Origin: a virus
Length of the DNA: 64,000 nt
IMG/VR virus record: IMGVR_UViG_3300035695_000002
Span: 32,001-96,000 of that record
Strand: one strand, 5' to 3'
Positions within the stretch are counted from its first letter, which is position 1; every line of letters begins with the position of its first letter. The notes under the pieces are model-generated. The model was not told where the DNA came from, searched no databases, and was given only the letters and a program-made list of their open reading frames with translations. Position numbers and translations under genes: made by a program. This document shows, piece after piece, positions 35,601 through 47,700 of the stretch.

Positions 35601-38283
35601 CCTCTGTATATATCAAACTACCTAAATCATCCCCTATATCAGTGAATATTTCTGATAATTTGATGTAATCTCTCATCTCCTCTGCAAAATCTGAAAGTTC
35701 CTCATTAGTACTATCAGCTAATGTAGCAGGTCTATTCTTGTAAGAAAGAGAATAATCATCCAATATTCTATCTCCTTCTTTCCTCATCACCTCAATTACA
35801 CTAATAAGAGGAACTACATTATGTGTAATGTGAGCTTGTCTAATGGCTTTATTAAGGGTATTTAACCTTTCTAATTTGAATTGTCTATCTTCTTCTGTAG
35901 TGGTTTTTTCTTTCCCTACTTGTCTTAAATGAGCATTCAGTTTCTTTATAATGTTGTCCAAAGCCTCATATCCTGTAGATTCTGATTCTTCTGCTATAGG
36001 AAGCAATGTAAGAGGTTCTAATGCTGAGGGACTAACACTCCCTATACCAATAGACTTTAGAATTAAAGGGGATTTTCTATCCTTTACATTCTTATTCTCA
36101 AAGTTCATTGTAATAGGAATAGCCCTCAACATACCAAATTCCTTGATATTATATTGTTTTTGGAGGATTTCTTTATATCTCCCTATTTGGACATTATAAG
36201 CTCCTTGTTTATACCATGCTACATCATCTTGATTTTTACCAAAATTCATGAATTTCCAATCAAAAATAGAGGTTTTACCAGAAGGTTCTACAGCTAAAAA
36301 GTCTATAGTGCCAGCTTCTTTTTGTTTATCATCATAAATAATCACCTCTGAAAATATAAGAGTGTCCTTAGGAAAACTATCTACAAGTCCTACATAATAC
36401 TTCTCTAGTTTGTTATACATCTCCTGAGAAGGGAGATTAAATTTAGATGGTCTTTCTTTGGGGGTTTCTCTTTTTGTTCCATCCTCATTGTAGTATCTGG
36501 AGTGAATTTCTTCAAAATCCTTATGTCCCTCCACTCCATATTTCCTCTTAAGTTCATTGAATTCCTTTTCTTGTTCTGTAAATACCTTATTGCCAAATCT
36601 TTCTTTATACCAACGTTTCACTCTATCTGTCACTCTTTTGGTGATTTTTTCCCATGTGCCATCTTCTTTCTGAATTCTGTAGAAATTATTGGCTTCTTCA
36701 CTATCTAATAATAAAGGATCAGTTTTTCCTTCCTCCACTACCTTTTCCACTTTATTCCTTGTTTCAGCCAGCTTATCCTGTATACTCTTCTGTTTATCAG
36801 ATAGTTGGAAGAAGGTTCCTTCTGTCTTAATATCTCCCACTGTTCCAATATCTTTGTTAAGAATATCAGAAGCAGCTTCTTTAAATATATCAATATTAGC
36901 CTTTTTATACAGTCCTCTTATCCAATCAAGGATAGAATTCCACCATCCTTTTACTAAGGATTGATTGATCTCTTCTCTCAATTCAGGATTTTGCTCTAAA
37001 TTCTCATTGTTATTTACAATGATTTCTGCTATAAGCTTATCTACAGCTTCTTTCTTAATCTTACGTATATCAGGCTTACCACTAGGAAGCTGATAATTCC
37101 TATCAGTTTTATAAGCATCAAATGTTTGTTTATAGATTTTGAACCTATCTATTTTGGCAATCATTTCTGTCACCATTTTAGGATTGGTTTGCTCTAAAAT
37201 GGCTGTAGCCATGTGTACAGTTTCCTCTGTAATAGCTTCAGATTCCTTTCCTTCAGCAATAGATATAATACCAGCTAATAAATCAGCCTTCCCATTTACT
37301 CCTTCTGCTCCCTCAAGTGATTGAATATCTATTCCCATCCTTTTAGCTGCTTCCTTCACCTTTTTAACAGTGTCTTCTGTAGCTAATGATTTAGGAGTTT
37401 TTTGTTTAGAAAGAATGATGTTAGCTGTCTCAAGTGTTCTAGGAAGAGGGGAGGGGATAAGTTTACTTATCTTAATAGAAGAGAGGTCATTAGCTAAGTC
37501 TTCTGCTTGTTTTCTGCCTTTTTCTGTTAATTCTGTGTTCTTTCCTCTAAACTTCTTATCTACATTGTCTTGAGTTTCCCCATGTCTAGCAATGATAATA
37601 TCACCATTATCTCCTTTTATGACAAAGTGTTCCCCTGTATCAAATGTGTTATCTTGTTCTGTATACTTAATTCTCTGCTCCCTATCAAATTCATTAGGTC
37701 TACCTTCCTTATCCCAAAGCTTTATAACTCCAAATACGGAGTTATGGGTCACCACTACAGTGTTATTTGGGGTTGTTTTTACTATTTCTTTGATTTCATT
37801 AATAACACGTTTTTCAGCTTGTTGAAAGGTTTCTCCTTCTTCTGACATTAACTCATCAGGAGTGTTAATAATGTTATTATGAATAGCTTTGTTTTTAGCT
37901 TCTGTTTGTGGTTGTCCTTCTAAGGAACCAAAATCAAATGTTCTAAATGCTGGTGTAGGAATTATAGGAGCATTAGATTTCTGAAATAACACTTCTTGTT
38001 TTATGTTTGCCAACGGTAACACGTTCACAGATAAGTAGTGCTGACCAGGAGACTTAGTGTTAATTCTTGCTATAGGGAGAGAATGTTCTTTATTTATACT
38101 AGCTACAAATTGTACACCTTTATTATACTCGTTTTTTAGAGTGTAGAGCTTTCCTTCAAATTGTCTGAAATCTCCACTTTCCTTAGCTTTAGTGAAAACT
38201 TGGACATGAATATTTTCCAACCTAGATTTCTCAGAGTCTGATAATTGTGCTTGTTGAATGTAAGAAATTTTACAAATAGACAT
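32689..38283 (-). CDS. giant virion cargo protein with permuted histidine phosphatase and PD-(D/E)XK nuclease domains
   Basis: 1864 aa downstream of the virion RNAP gene. Contains RHG/SPL.R/VVTH motifs (aa ~105-292), 'AGTIDFL.....IFDWKF...Q...Y', and a hydrophobic segment near the C-terminus. Confidence 0.75.
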   Translation of the reverse strand: MSICKISYIQQAQLSDSEKSRLENIHVQVFTKAKESGDFRQFEGKLYTLKNEYNKGVQFVASINKEHSLPIARINTKSPGQHYLSVNVLPLANIKQEVLFQKSNAPIIPTPAFRTFDFGSLEGQPQTEAKNKAIHNNIINTPDELMSEEGETFQQAEKRVINEIKEIVKTTPNNTVVVTHNSVFGVIKLWDKEGRPNEFDREQRIKYTEQDNTFDTGEHFVIKGDNGDIIIARHGETQDNVDKKFRGKNTELTEKGRKQAEDLANDLSSIKISKLIPSPLPRTLETANIILSKQKTPKSLATEDTVKKVKEAAKRMGIDIQSLEGAEGVNGKADLLAGIISIAEGKESEAITEETVHMATAILEQTNPKMVTEMIAKIDRFKIYKQTFDAYKTDRNYQLPSGKPDIRKIKKEAVDKLIAEIIVNNNENLEQNPELREEINQSLVKGWWNSILDWIRGLYKKANIDIFKEAASDILNKDIGTVGDIKTEGTFFQLSDKQKSIQDKLAETRNKVEKVVEEGKTDPLLLDSEEANNFYRIQKEDGTWEKITKRVTDRVKRWYKERFGNKVFTEQEKEFNELKRKYGVEGHKDFEEIHSRYYNEDGTKRETPKERPSKFNLPSQEMYNKLEKYYVGLVDSFPKDTLIFSEVIIYDDKQKEAGTIDFLAVEPSGKTSIFDWKFMNFGKNQDDVAWYKQGAYNVQIGRYKEILQKQYNIKEFGMLRAIPITMNFENKNVKDRKSPLILKSIGIGSVSPSALEPLTLLPIAEESESTGYEALDNIIKKLNAHLRQVGKEKTTTEEDRQFKLERLNTLNKAIRQAHITHNVVPLISVIEVMRKEGDRILDDYSLSYKNRPATLADSTNEELSDFAEEMRDYIKLSEIFTDIGDDLGSLIYTEEMKEEAPSEEVLIRKQYLDLLETESRLIRKSQKEIKKAALAFADKHIGERNLVTGLLKPEKIVKGLGSLFRGVSELPLRSLEILHKLTRAAQGKASTDALKEITTLTDIRKKLSVKGGDLRALVSQIYQKDKEGKIVNNLIFKYSPEFFKEIDKKANEGGDLQWLKENINVEEYKKEAQKAIDRQIENINKTRYNGSEEEEELIRDAEKARVKKLYDIDREDFNGWNNYILKRHPLEKWYSDEYKNILKDNDLLELYNFVVNFNEKAKDIGYLDNKVASSFLPFVRKSMAEQLSFDGEFSPIANFQKSVQINIDDVGYGNINEVTGELENSIPKYYTHDFTKTDGVNDYSQVSEDLFKNLILYIQQVEKYKYMSEIEGQLKLVKTIEEFKNHLNTGRTGDVIVKDGKPEELPGNAENTKMFDDFLRVLLYDQRYVLSDSDTPLNVGKVLNFVKKGVNSVAGREIWKENENPTATSLIKTIDAANRGFQLKTLGLEFISGAVNMFGGNLQAITQAGNYFNAGEFWKNENKLMLHNFANQEDKEIFIQLINTFMPLKDDPSYELYKEAGMTSLTRRNIGDDLMVFMRKPEQLIEKSVFLSLLQNTMVVDGKIVNIKEFVKNKYKDRYNDASSYRDIKAKIDAETEQLKKSSSIDTTKKLEDGKLVIPGLNLQDRNELQRLTNLSRRLSRNATGGMTDGDINRMSMSIWTKSMMIFKGWIPKLADTRFSEFRKVSDDFSVRVNEDGIAEGQKYDIGRIRLLAYILSDGIFKGVANLKNILYLNQQGIARLDEAFEHFKQKYESETGETLNMTREDFIDLIRTNLSNQMRELAIFVGLIASAISLGYMAPDDDEDKATKNFFRYSQKVLDKFVNELSFFYNPADWESLLSGGIFPAVGIIEDMQKFVVHFFKETTGLDFDPNTSYEDVRKKAQPIKYGMKMFPITKSALTYASILNSQFAKDFDVTVSKSSSRK

Positions 38284-38286
38284 TTA

Positions 38287-38742
38287 TTAATTGGTTACAA
38301 CTGGAAAAATAATATAAATCATGAAATTATAGAGAAAATGAGCACTTACAGCAGACCAATAGGACATACCATTCTTAACATACACCCAACCAAAAGCAAA
38401 ACCTGCCACTCCTTGTATGAGAATATTGTAAAATCCTCCATGTATTGCTCCAAATAATATGGCTAATATGGCTACAAAATACATGGATTTTTCTTTAAAC
38501 AATTGTGTATCTTTCAATAGTGTTAGAGGGATAAATCGGAATACTAATTCTTCAAAAATCGGAGCTACAGTAAGCCCCCTAAGAATTTGATACCAAGGAA
38601 TTGTTTTAAGCCCTAGTTTCATATCATACCCTGGAATTAATGTATTTAATATAGATGAGTTTATAATTATGATAAGTAATGATAACCCTACGGCTACTAG
38701 AATATTAAGTCCTTTTGATGTTAATGATTGGTTTGTTTCCAT
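38287..38742 (-). CDS. CPBP family (Abi/CAAX type II) intramembrane protease
   Basis: Multiple transmembrane helices with EExxxR (EELVFR), FxxxH (FGAIH) and HxxxN (AHFLYN). Confidence 0.85.
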   Translation of the reverse strand: METNQSLTSKGLNILVAVGLSLLIIIINSSILNTLIPGYDMKLGLKTIPWYQILRGLTVAPIFEELVFRFIPLTLLKDTQLFKEKSMYFVAILAILFGAIHGGFYNILIQGVAGFAFGWVYVKNGMSYWSAVSAHFLYNFMIYIIFPVVTN

Positions 38743-38745
38743 GTT

Positions 38746-41700
38746 TTAACTGCAATTTGGCAGGTTTGAATTTGAGTCATCTTCATCCTCTACTACTTCC
38801 TTTGTGGGACTTTCAAAATATGAAAGAATAGACTCATCAGAAGCCTCTTTTTCCACCTTTATAAATCCATTATCAATTATAGAAGGTTTTGCTACATTGT
38901 AGAACTCATTAGCAGAGAAATATACACCATCAGAAGAATGAGAGTCCCCCCATGCATTTATGGCCTTGTATACATAATCACTTATAAGTGTGTCTCCTAT
39001 AGAGAAATCTATTGTGTAAGGGGTTCCATATTGTTTAACTTTTTTAAACAATCCTCTCTTAATATAAGAATAATCCCCTTGTTTTTTAAGTTTATCTTTT
39101 TCTGCTTTAGTACCAGTTTCCCATGTATAGACAATAACATCATTTTCAGCTTCCCTAGACTTAGTGTTAATTTTCACTAATTGAGGAATTTCCTTTTTAG
39201 CTATGGCTGCACTCACTCTCTTATATCCAATAAACTTCATGTTATTGTTGTATTTCCATTCACCATTCTTATTTTGCTTCCATTTAGCCTTTCTTTGTGG
39301 CACTAAATCATCATTATTCCAGTTGTTTCTCTGGAATACATCTAGAACTTTAAAGTCTGCTAAGTTAGGATATTCTTCTAATATAGACAAGGTTTTATTG
39401 TAAATATTTTTGAAATCCTCATAAGGCAGTAAGGAAGTGAAAGAAATAGGGGAATTTGACAGTCCTGATTGTAATACTGCCAATCTAACTAATGATCCAT
39501 ATAAAGGACTATCTTGAACTTTAAGATATTGTCTCAGCTCAGAGAATGCATATATCATCTGATTTTGATCATACACCTTATTATCCTTATTCTTGATTTT
39601 AAGATTATTCACACCTTCATTCTTTTCAGAGAAATGAGGGGTTACTAGTTTTACAATCTGATTGTTATACAAAGGATGATTTTCATCTTTTCTTACCTTA
39701 GTAACAAAATCTGACACTTCTTTAGCTGTATTATCGTCAGAAAGTAATATTTTCTGTATCTGGTTGTTCAGTTTTCTATCATTTTGCACAGCCCAATCAA
39801 ACAAATCATTTACTGCTTTTTGAGCTAATTTCACAAAATCCCTATCATTCATGTCCACATAAGGACGTAGAACATCTTCTATCACCTCTCTTACATTAGG
39901 TTTATCAGAGGTAAGAATAGTGGAGAAAGCATCTCTTACATCATATATTTTCTCACTTAATTTCCCTATAAACGATCCTTTAACTAAATCGTTCACTGAG
40001 GAAATAATAGTAGATTGAGCTTTTTTAAATTGCTCATTCTTTTTAAATACTAGATAAGGATCATTAAAATTGGCAGTATCCCAGTTAGCTCCTTGGGTTA
40101 CAAGGAATTGGTGGTTGGCCATTTTAGCATATTTCAAGAATTCATTAAGTATGAACTGTTGTTGAGCTTTCTCTTGAGGAGATAGTTTTTCCTTTCCTAC
40201 AGTTTCTCCAAGATTTGAAGGAATTTCTTTGATTTTATTGAATTCTGAAGGAGCCACTTTATATTTAGGAGAATCTTTTATATCTTCTACAAAATCCTCT
40301 ATGAAAAGCCATACATATCCTGCATTCTCAATACTATCTAGATAATCCCTAATAATAGGTTGATTCATGAAATAGGCTACATCTTTAATAGGTACACCTA
40401 ATTTAACTAAAAATAACCATGTAGAGGCTACATTAGGAGAAGCTCCAAGTTCCATAATCCAAGGACCTTTGGAAATATCTACATATCCATCAATAAACTG
40501 TCCTATAATATCAGATATATTTTCTCCTTTAGCATTCTTTATCATGGAAAGCGTAGGGACAGATTTATCATTTACATCTATCTTGTTGTAGTTTTTGAAC
40601 TTTATAGCTACATCTTCTTTCTTGAAAGTTCCTCCAGATAGCCAGAACTTATCCTCCTCTGATACCAATCCCCATCTTTCTTGATCTATGTATATAGGTT
40701 GTCTTTGGTTTAAAGAGTGATTTGTTTGATTAACAGCAGCTATACCAATGGCATATTTACCAGACACAAACGCCTGTCTAAGCCTAGACATAAAATGCCT
40801 GTTAAGCATGTTTTTAGGATCATCATATGTAAATTCTGCAAACCCAAGCTTTTTAGTAATATCCTTAGCTAGAGCTTTTAATTGATCAGCAGAGTTAGGT
40901 TTTACAAGATTCTCAAAATTATCAGGATGTGATATAAGATTCTGTAGAGATTGAATATATTCATTCTCCAGGGACTTCTTATATATCTGATTGACAATTC
41001 TCTCTTTAAGATTTTCATCTGAATTTGCTTCTAAAAAGTCATCTATCACCTCTTGATCAAAAGCTCCTTGTCCGAATATAGCTGTAGCTAGTTTATTTAC
41101 TACATCCTGTCTTTCATCTAAAGCTCTTGTTTTTATCCAATTATTAACCCTGTTTCTATCTTCTTTCTTTAAGAATTCTCCTTGGTCATATAATTCACCA
41201 AGTTTAGCTTTAGCTGCTTCCCCATATCCATAGAATGGAATTTGTTTAATATTGCCTTTTAAGCTAGTGTATGTGTTTTTGAAATAGATGAAGAGTTTAT
41301 CAATATCAAAGTCAGACCCCACCTTTCTTACAAGTTCTGAAGGAATGACTACAGAATCTCCAAATTCTTTAGGAAGGAACTGCTTTATTACAAAACTATC
41401 AATAGAGTTCTGTTTCTGTGTAGGAATTCTATACGCTACACCAGATAATAAAGATTGCCCTTCTTTGGTTTTATTCAAATAGTTCAATAATTCACTGTCA
41501 GAAAGAGGGCTATTAAACCATCTTCCCACCATTATTTCACATGTTCTCTTACCATCTTCATCTTTATAAAATCTGAGAAAATCAGAAGTATAAGCCCCTT
41601 TTTCTTTCTTAGCTTTTACAGATTCCAATAATGTAGAAGGAATTTGTACCTTTTGTCCTCCTGAAATCTTAGGAGAAATAACATTCCTATCAGCTATAGA

Positions 41701-44700
41701 ATATAGGATATTTCTTATTTGTTGATAAGCAGGGGTAGCTTCTAATACAACATCACCGTTCTTAAATCCTTCAAAAGCATCTACGATATTGTCATTCACC
41801 TCTCTTTTCAACACCTCATCCCTAAGAGTATCACTCACTTTATCAAAATCCTTAATAATGAAATCACCATCTTTGGTTTGTTCAATACCCATCTTTGTTA
41901 ATAGGGAATTATATCCATTATCAATAATGGCTTCCAATAAATGCTGATTGTTCTTTATTTCCTTATATAGCTCAGATTTGGCTAATTTCTGGGTTTCTGA
42001 AAGTTTATTCCATTCATTGAGCCTTTGTGTGAAATTAGCTCCTTTACTGAAGTCTACAGGAACTCCAGCCTCCATATAGTCCATTGTAACTAATTTGGTG
42101 ATTTGAGATCCTCTAGTAACCAAAGGTTCATCCTTGGAAGGAACCTCTGATTGTATGGAAATAATACCATGAGAGACGTTTACAAGAGCCTCATAAGGAG
42201 ATTCATTGAATGTTCCATCTTCATTATAAATAGGATTAAGTCCTTCAGAACCCACTTTTCTACCGGAAGCAAATACTGTATAATCAATGTTCTCTTTCTG
42301 CATTTTATTATAATGCTTAATAGCATTACTCTCAGGATTGAGAGAATGAACTATTCTAAAGGAAAGAGGATAGAGAGCAAACTTATCTAATACAACATCA
42401 TTATAAGGTTTCCCGTTGAGTTTATTTCCAAACACAATAGGTTTAATAGGAGTGTATGCACTCTTTACTTCAGGATTGATTCCGTCTAAAAGTGTTCTTT
42501 CTTCTTTAGATAGATCAATTCCTTTAATATCTTTCTCATAAGCAATGTCATATCTGTATTGCTTTTCTTCATCATCATTCCATTCTCCAGCTTTGATTCT
42601 AAACCACCTGTAGGCTTTATGTGAGATTATACCTCCACCGTCAGTTTCTTCAAAGTTCCCATAATCCTTTAAATCGGAGGTAGAAACAACATCTTCAGAT
42701 GTAACTGTTCTGAAATAATCCCTAGTCATATCTGTATATCCCACATCCCCTTTATCATACCCCTTATTCCATATCTTATTAAGAGCTTTGTTGAAATTAG
42801 GAGAATTGTTAATTATAGCCTGTCTAGGAGAAAGAGCATTCTTAATACGCTTTAATTCATCAGAATATTGATAGGGGTCAGAATATAAGAGCTTATGAAA
42901 CTCTATGTTATTGACAATATAATTGATTGTAATAGCACTTAATTGTCTATTTAATACAGGTTCTGTAATAACTTCTCCATCAGAGAAAGACAGATTTTGC
43001 ACTTTGATTCCCTCACTATCCTTTTTAATAATGTCATATTTGGAGAGAAGTTCTCTTAAATTAACAGTTTCCTGCTTAATAAAAGCGTCAACTGCCTTAT
43101 TTATCTGGGACTGATATTTTGCATACACTTCCTCAGTAGACAATTTTTCCTTTAATATAGACTTCTGTAACTCTTCTCCAAGTATGGACTTTAAGAACCT
43201 TAGATCTTCACTATCCCTCTTTTTAGCTACAGGTCTATCCTCCCTAGAAAGCTCTAATTCTGACAGAAAATACCCTTTGAATATATCATGTACTTTAGAC
43301 ATTCCTGATAATAGACTATCTGAAGATATATGATTTCCCATATAGGTCATCCATTCCATAGAAGCATCTCCAGGTACAAGATTGTAATAATATCCTTTAG
43401 AATTAAGATTGATTTCCTGTACAAGTCTTTCTTTGTATGTCAATTTGGCAGATTGTTTCTTCTTACCATTAGACGTATTGACAGTACCATCAGCATACCC
43501 AGGATGCATTAATTGCTCTCCTCCTTTGATTCTGTTTCCTGTAACAGGATTAAATATCTTATCCAAAATCACACTTCCTTGTGCAAAACTATCCGTAAGA
43601 AGATATTCGTAAGGAGTGTTGACTAGTTCGTTTTTATTGTTTATCTGGGAAAGAACATCAAATAAATCACTTGTAGGATTGGTTCCTATGAAAGTTTGTG
43701 TACGTTCTCCTTTTACATTAAAGAATGTACTATCGAACTCTGGATTGTCAATAGAAGCCCTAATCAATGAAAGCTGCATAAGCCTTCCTTTGATGTTAAG
43801 CACTTTTCTACTCACTGTGGCTATTTTCTCAGCTTCTTGAATACTCTTCTTTATACCAGCAACTGCTTCTATAAAGGATTGTTTTTTATCAGCAGAAAGT
43901 TTAGAAAGCTCTGAAGTCTTAAACTCTATACCTAGGGATTTAAGGAAATTTATCCTATTTTGATCAGTAGATAGGGACACAGATTTTACACCAGAAGGTT
44001 TCCCTATATAAGCTTTCTCCTTGTTAGAATACTCAAAATAAGGATTTTTACTCTTTACTGTCTTTATAATAGAATTACCATAATCTGCACTCACTTGTCT
44101 AGCAGCACTAGATAGATTGCTATCTCCTACTTCTACATCTCCATTATCAAATATGTAAACATTCTTTACATCAGGAGACTGTTTTTTGAATGTTCTCCAG
44201 AAAGCAGCTAGAAGCTGTCCATCATGTACTTCTGATATTTCCGATAGGTCAGAGGTGTTTTTTGTAAGTCTATTATATAGAGTTTTATAGTTATTATCAT
44301 CCTCTGACATTTCCTTAATTCTATCCATCATCTCATCGATGCTTCTGGAAGTATGGACATTATTCATAATAGCCATAAACACTTGACTAGAAGGAAGGAG
44401 TCTCACTCCTCCTATAGAAGACCTAACTAAATGATTTTTACTATCAACTATCGGAATAGTGGAAAGAAGAAGTTTTACAGCACTATTGGCTTTCTTGAAT
44501 ACATCTATTTTAGTAGCCTCCTGATAATCCCCTTTCTTGGAAGCATCTTCGTCCTTAAGTACTAAATCATCATTTTCATCAAATTCAATAGAATAGGTTT
44601 TAAGGTATTCTTGGTGTTTTTTCACCAATTCATCCCATTCACCAGATTGTTCAGCTATCTTTGTAAACCTAGTTTTAAGTCTATCGTACAGTTCTTTCTT

Positions 44701-47700
44701 ATGTATATCAGGAATAGAGAATAAGCTCTTATTATCCTTAATAAGATCTGTAAGTGTTAAATAGGTCATATGCTGCATAATGTCATTCACCTTATCAGCA
44801 GGAATGTTTTTTATGCGAAATTCACTGAAATTATCAGTGTATGCTTGTTCTACATCAATAAACCCTTCTTTAGCAAAGGAGAGCTGTTGTTCATGAGGAA
44901 TGAATTGTTTATAGTATCCTCTACCTATTTTATCAAATAACTTGTCTGTATTAGAAACAGCAGTATTTCCAGTGAAAAATGACTTTATAAAGTCTACTAA
45001 GTCACGGAATAGTTTTATAATAAAATGTGTATTTTTAGCTTTTGGAGGAGATTTCTTATTAAGAACATAGTCTCTAAATTCTTCAGCCAATTGTTCTTTT
45101 ATTTGAAAATCTGTAGCTTCAGAATAATTAACAGTTTTGCCTGTAGGTCTGTCTACAAAACTACCTTCCCTGTCTTTGAATTCTTTTATTACATTAGCTT
45201 GTTCCTGAGGATCGGAGAACATTTTCCACACAGCTTCAAATACTTCATGGTAGATGGTTCCTAATTCTGCATCCTTAGATATGTAAATAGCTCCATTTTT
45301 TAACATACCCCAAGCTTGCTGGCCATTAGTAGCCTGAATTACATTCTTCACTCTATATACAGGAAGGTTAGGGAAGTTAGCTTTTAACCACTTCTGCATC
45401 TCTTCCCAATTCTCAGGTTCAAAATACTTAAGAGGTTCTTCAAGTTTAACTCTTAAGGCTACTTCCTCCCCATCTAAATCATCTATAGACCATTCCATTT
45501 TCTCCTCTATAGGAGATGTTGTTATAATGGCTGGTTTCCTTTCAGGAGAAGGTGTTTCTGTTGATTTGTTAAATATAGACTTCTTAGGAGCCTTTTCCTC
45601 TGTTATTTGTGGAGCTATTGCTTGTTTAATTTTGCCTTCTATAGATGCTTTAGCTACATCTTTGTCATATTTCTCTGTAAGAGATTTGCGTATTTCTTCT
45701 ACATCCCCTCCTGTTAATATGGTGATTTTACCTTCAGAGGTGGCTTTGAAGTTTATATTTTTCCCTTCTGGGGAGGTATAAGTGTTAACTGTTTTACCAT
45801 CCAGAATATAACCTTTCTGAGAAACCTCCTTTTTAGCACTAGGAGCAACAACAGCTTTCTTGGGAGCATTTTCATAATTATCAGCACTATCTGTTAATGT
45901 GAAATATATACCATGTCTATTAACGGCTCCTTCACCCACAGGTTTCATATTGGTGGAAAGAGGGAGTTCTGAAGATTTTCTTCCTTCCTTGGACAATAGA
46001 TAGGTTTGATAATTAGGCCATGATTTAGCCTCTATAACTCCTTCTCTGGAAATAGAGGTTATTTCCTCATAAGGAGTATTCCATAACTCAGGCTTATCAG
46101 TAAGCCCTGAATTAATATTATTATACATCCCTTCTAATAAGGAGATGATTTCCTCTTTACTCCCTTCTATAGAAGAAGGTGTGAAAGGATAAGTTTTATC
46201 TTTTCCTGATATAGATAGAGAGAATTCCCCATTAATAGTACTAAACCATACACTGTTAAATCCTGCTGCATTCTTAGGAGATCCCCAATAAATGATGGAT
46301 TTAAGCCAATTCATCAATCTTTTAGATTGTTCTGATTGAGCATCTTGGTTATTAAATATATCAATAGCTAATTGATGAATAGCTTCATATATTGTATTTA
46401 CTTCATTCTTAGTAAGTTTTCTATTGTCAAGCTTTACATATCCATTAGGAAGATTAAGGAAAGGACGTCCTAGAGGACTAGTGAAAGATACACTTCCTTT
46501 CTCTACAGTGGTGTCTGTGGTAGGAATGAATATTACAGGTTTTTCAGATAGGTCAGAAGACTTTATTAGTCCAGCTTCCTCTACACTAGTTTTAGCTGTA
46601 TAGTCTCTTTTATTATTCCCTTTCTCATCTAAATTGGTAACATATTCAGGTATGCCGAAAGAAGCAGAAACAGGATGTTCATTTAAAGAAGGTTTCTCTA
46701 AAGCATTCTTTACCCATTCTGCGTAACGCATTTTGTAGTATTCTATCTGTTCAGGAGTAGTGTCCTTTCTAAACATAGTACCACCACCAAATTCCTTACT
46801 CCATTCTAATTTAGGATCAGGCATCACTTGAACAATAATATTATCGAATGATGGGAATTCTAACTTTTTACCATCTTCTCCTACAGGAACACCATTCTCC
46901 ACCATTACCAAAGCAATGATTTTAGAAGCATCTGCATCAGAATCTCCTTTTAAGAAATTAGTGAGTCCTTTAAGTCCTAATTCCTCTTCATTTTTAGATG
47001 TCAATAAAACACCTTTGATTTTCTGTCTATTAGGAAAACTATCTAAATTAGCTCCAAACTTATTACTTCTTATATGATGAGGAAGTGTAGAACTACCAGC
47101 AGGTTTTGTAGAAGTTACTACAGCCACATCAGTTTTCTTTGGTTTTGGTTCATAGGAAGATTCAGAATTCACTGTCTGAACTCCAGGATCTGCACTTCCT
47201 AATATCTCTTTTTGAAGCTTTTTACTATTCTTTATTTTCTCTTCTTCTTCCTTTTGTCTAATAAATTTATCTGCTACTTCTTGAAATTTAGCAAGAATTA
47301 AATCTTTTGCTTTCAGTTCTTTTTCAGCATCACTTAGTTTAGTTTGAAGTCCTTTTAATTCTGTAACAAGTTCGTTTAATGTACGCTCATTAGGAGTAAT
47401 GTCCAAGTCCTCTACTTGAGATACAAGTTCTTCCACCTTAGAAAGCATATCCTTATAATCAGGATTTTTCTTAAGGAAGTTAGGATTTGACTTTAAAAAG
47501 TCCACCCACTCTTGTCCAATAGCTAAAGGAGCTTTAGGATAGAGAGTTTTGAAATCACTAATTATATCTCTTAAATATGCTACAGCAGAATCTAATGCTC
47601 CTTTTACCCCATCTACAAGTTTGGAAAGAGTATTTATTTCCTTACCTGTTTCCAAAATAAGAGATTCTAAGTTGTTTCTCTGTTCCTTTAATTCTTCTAA

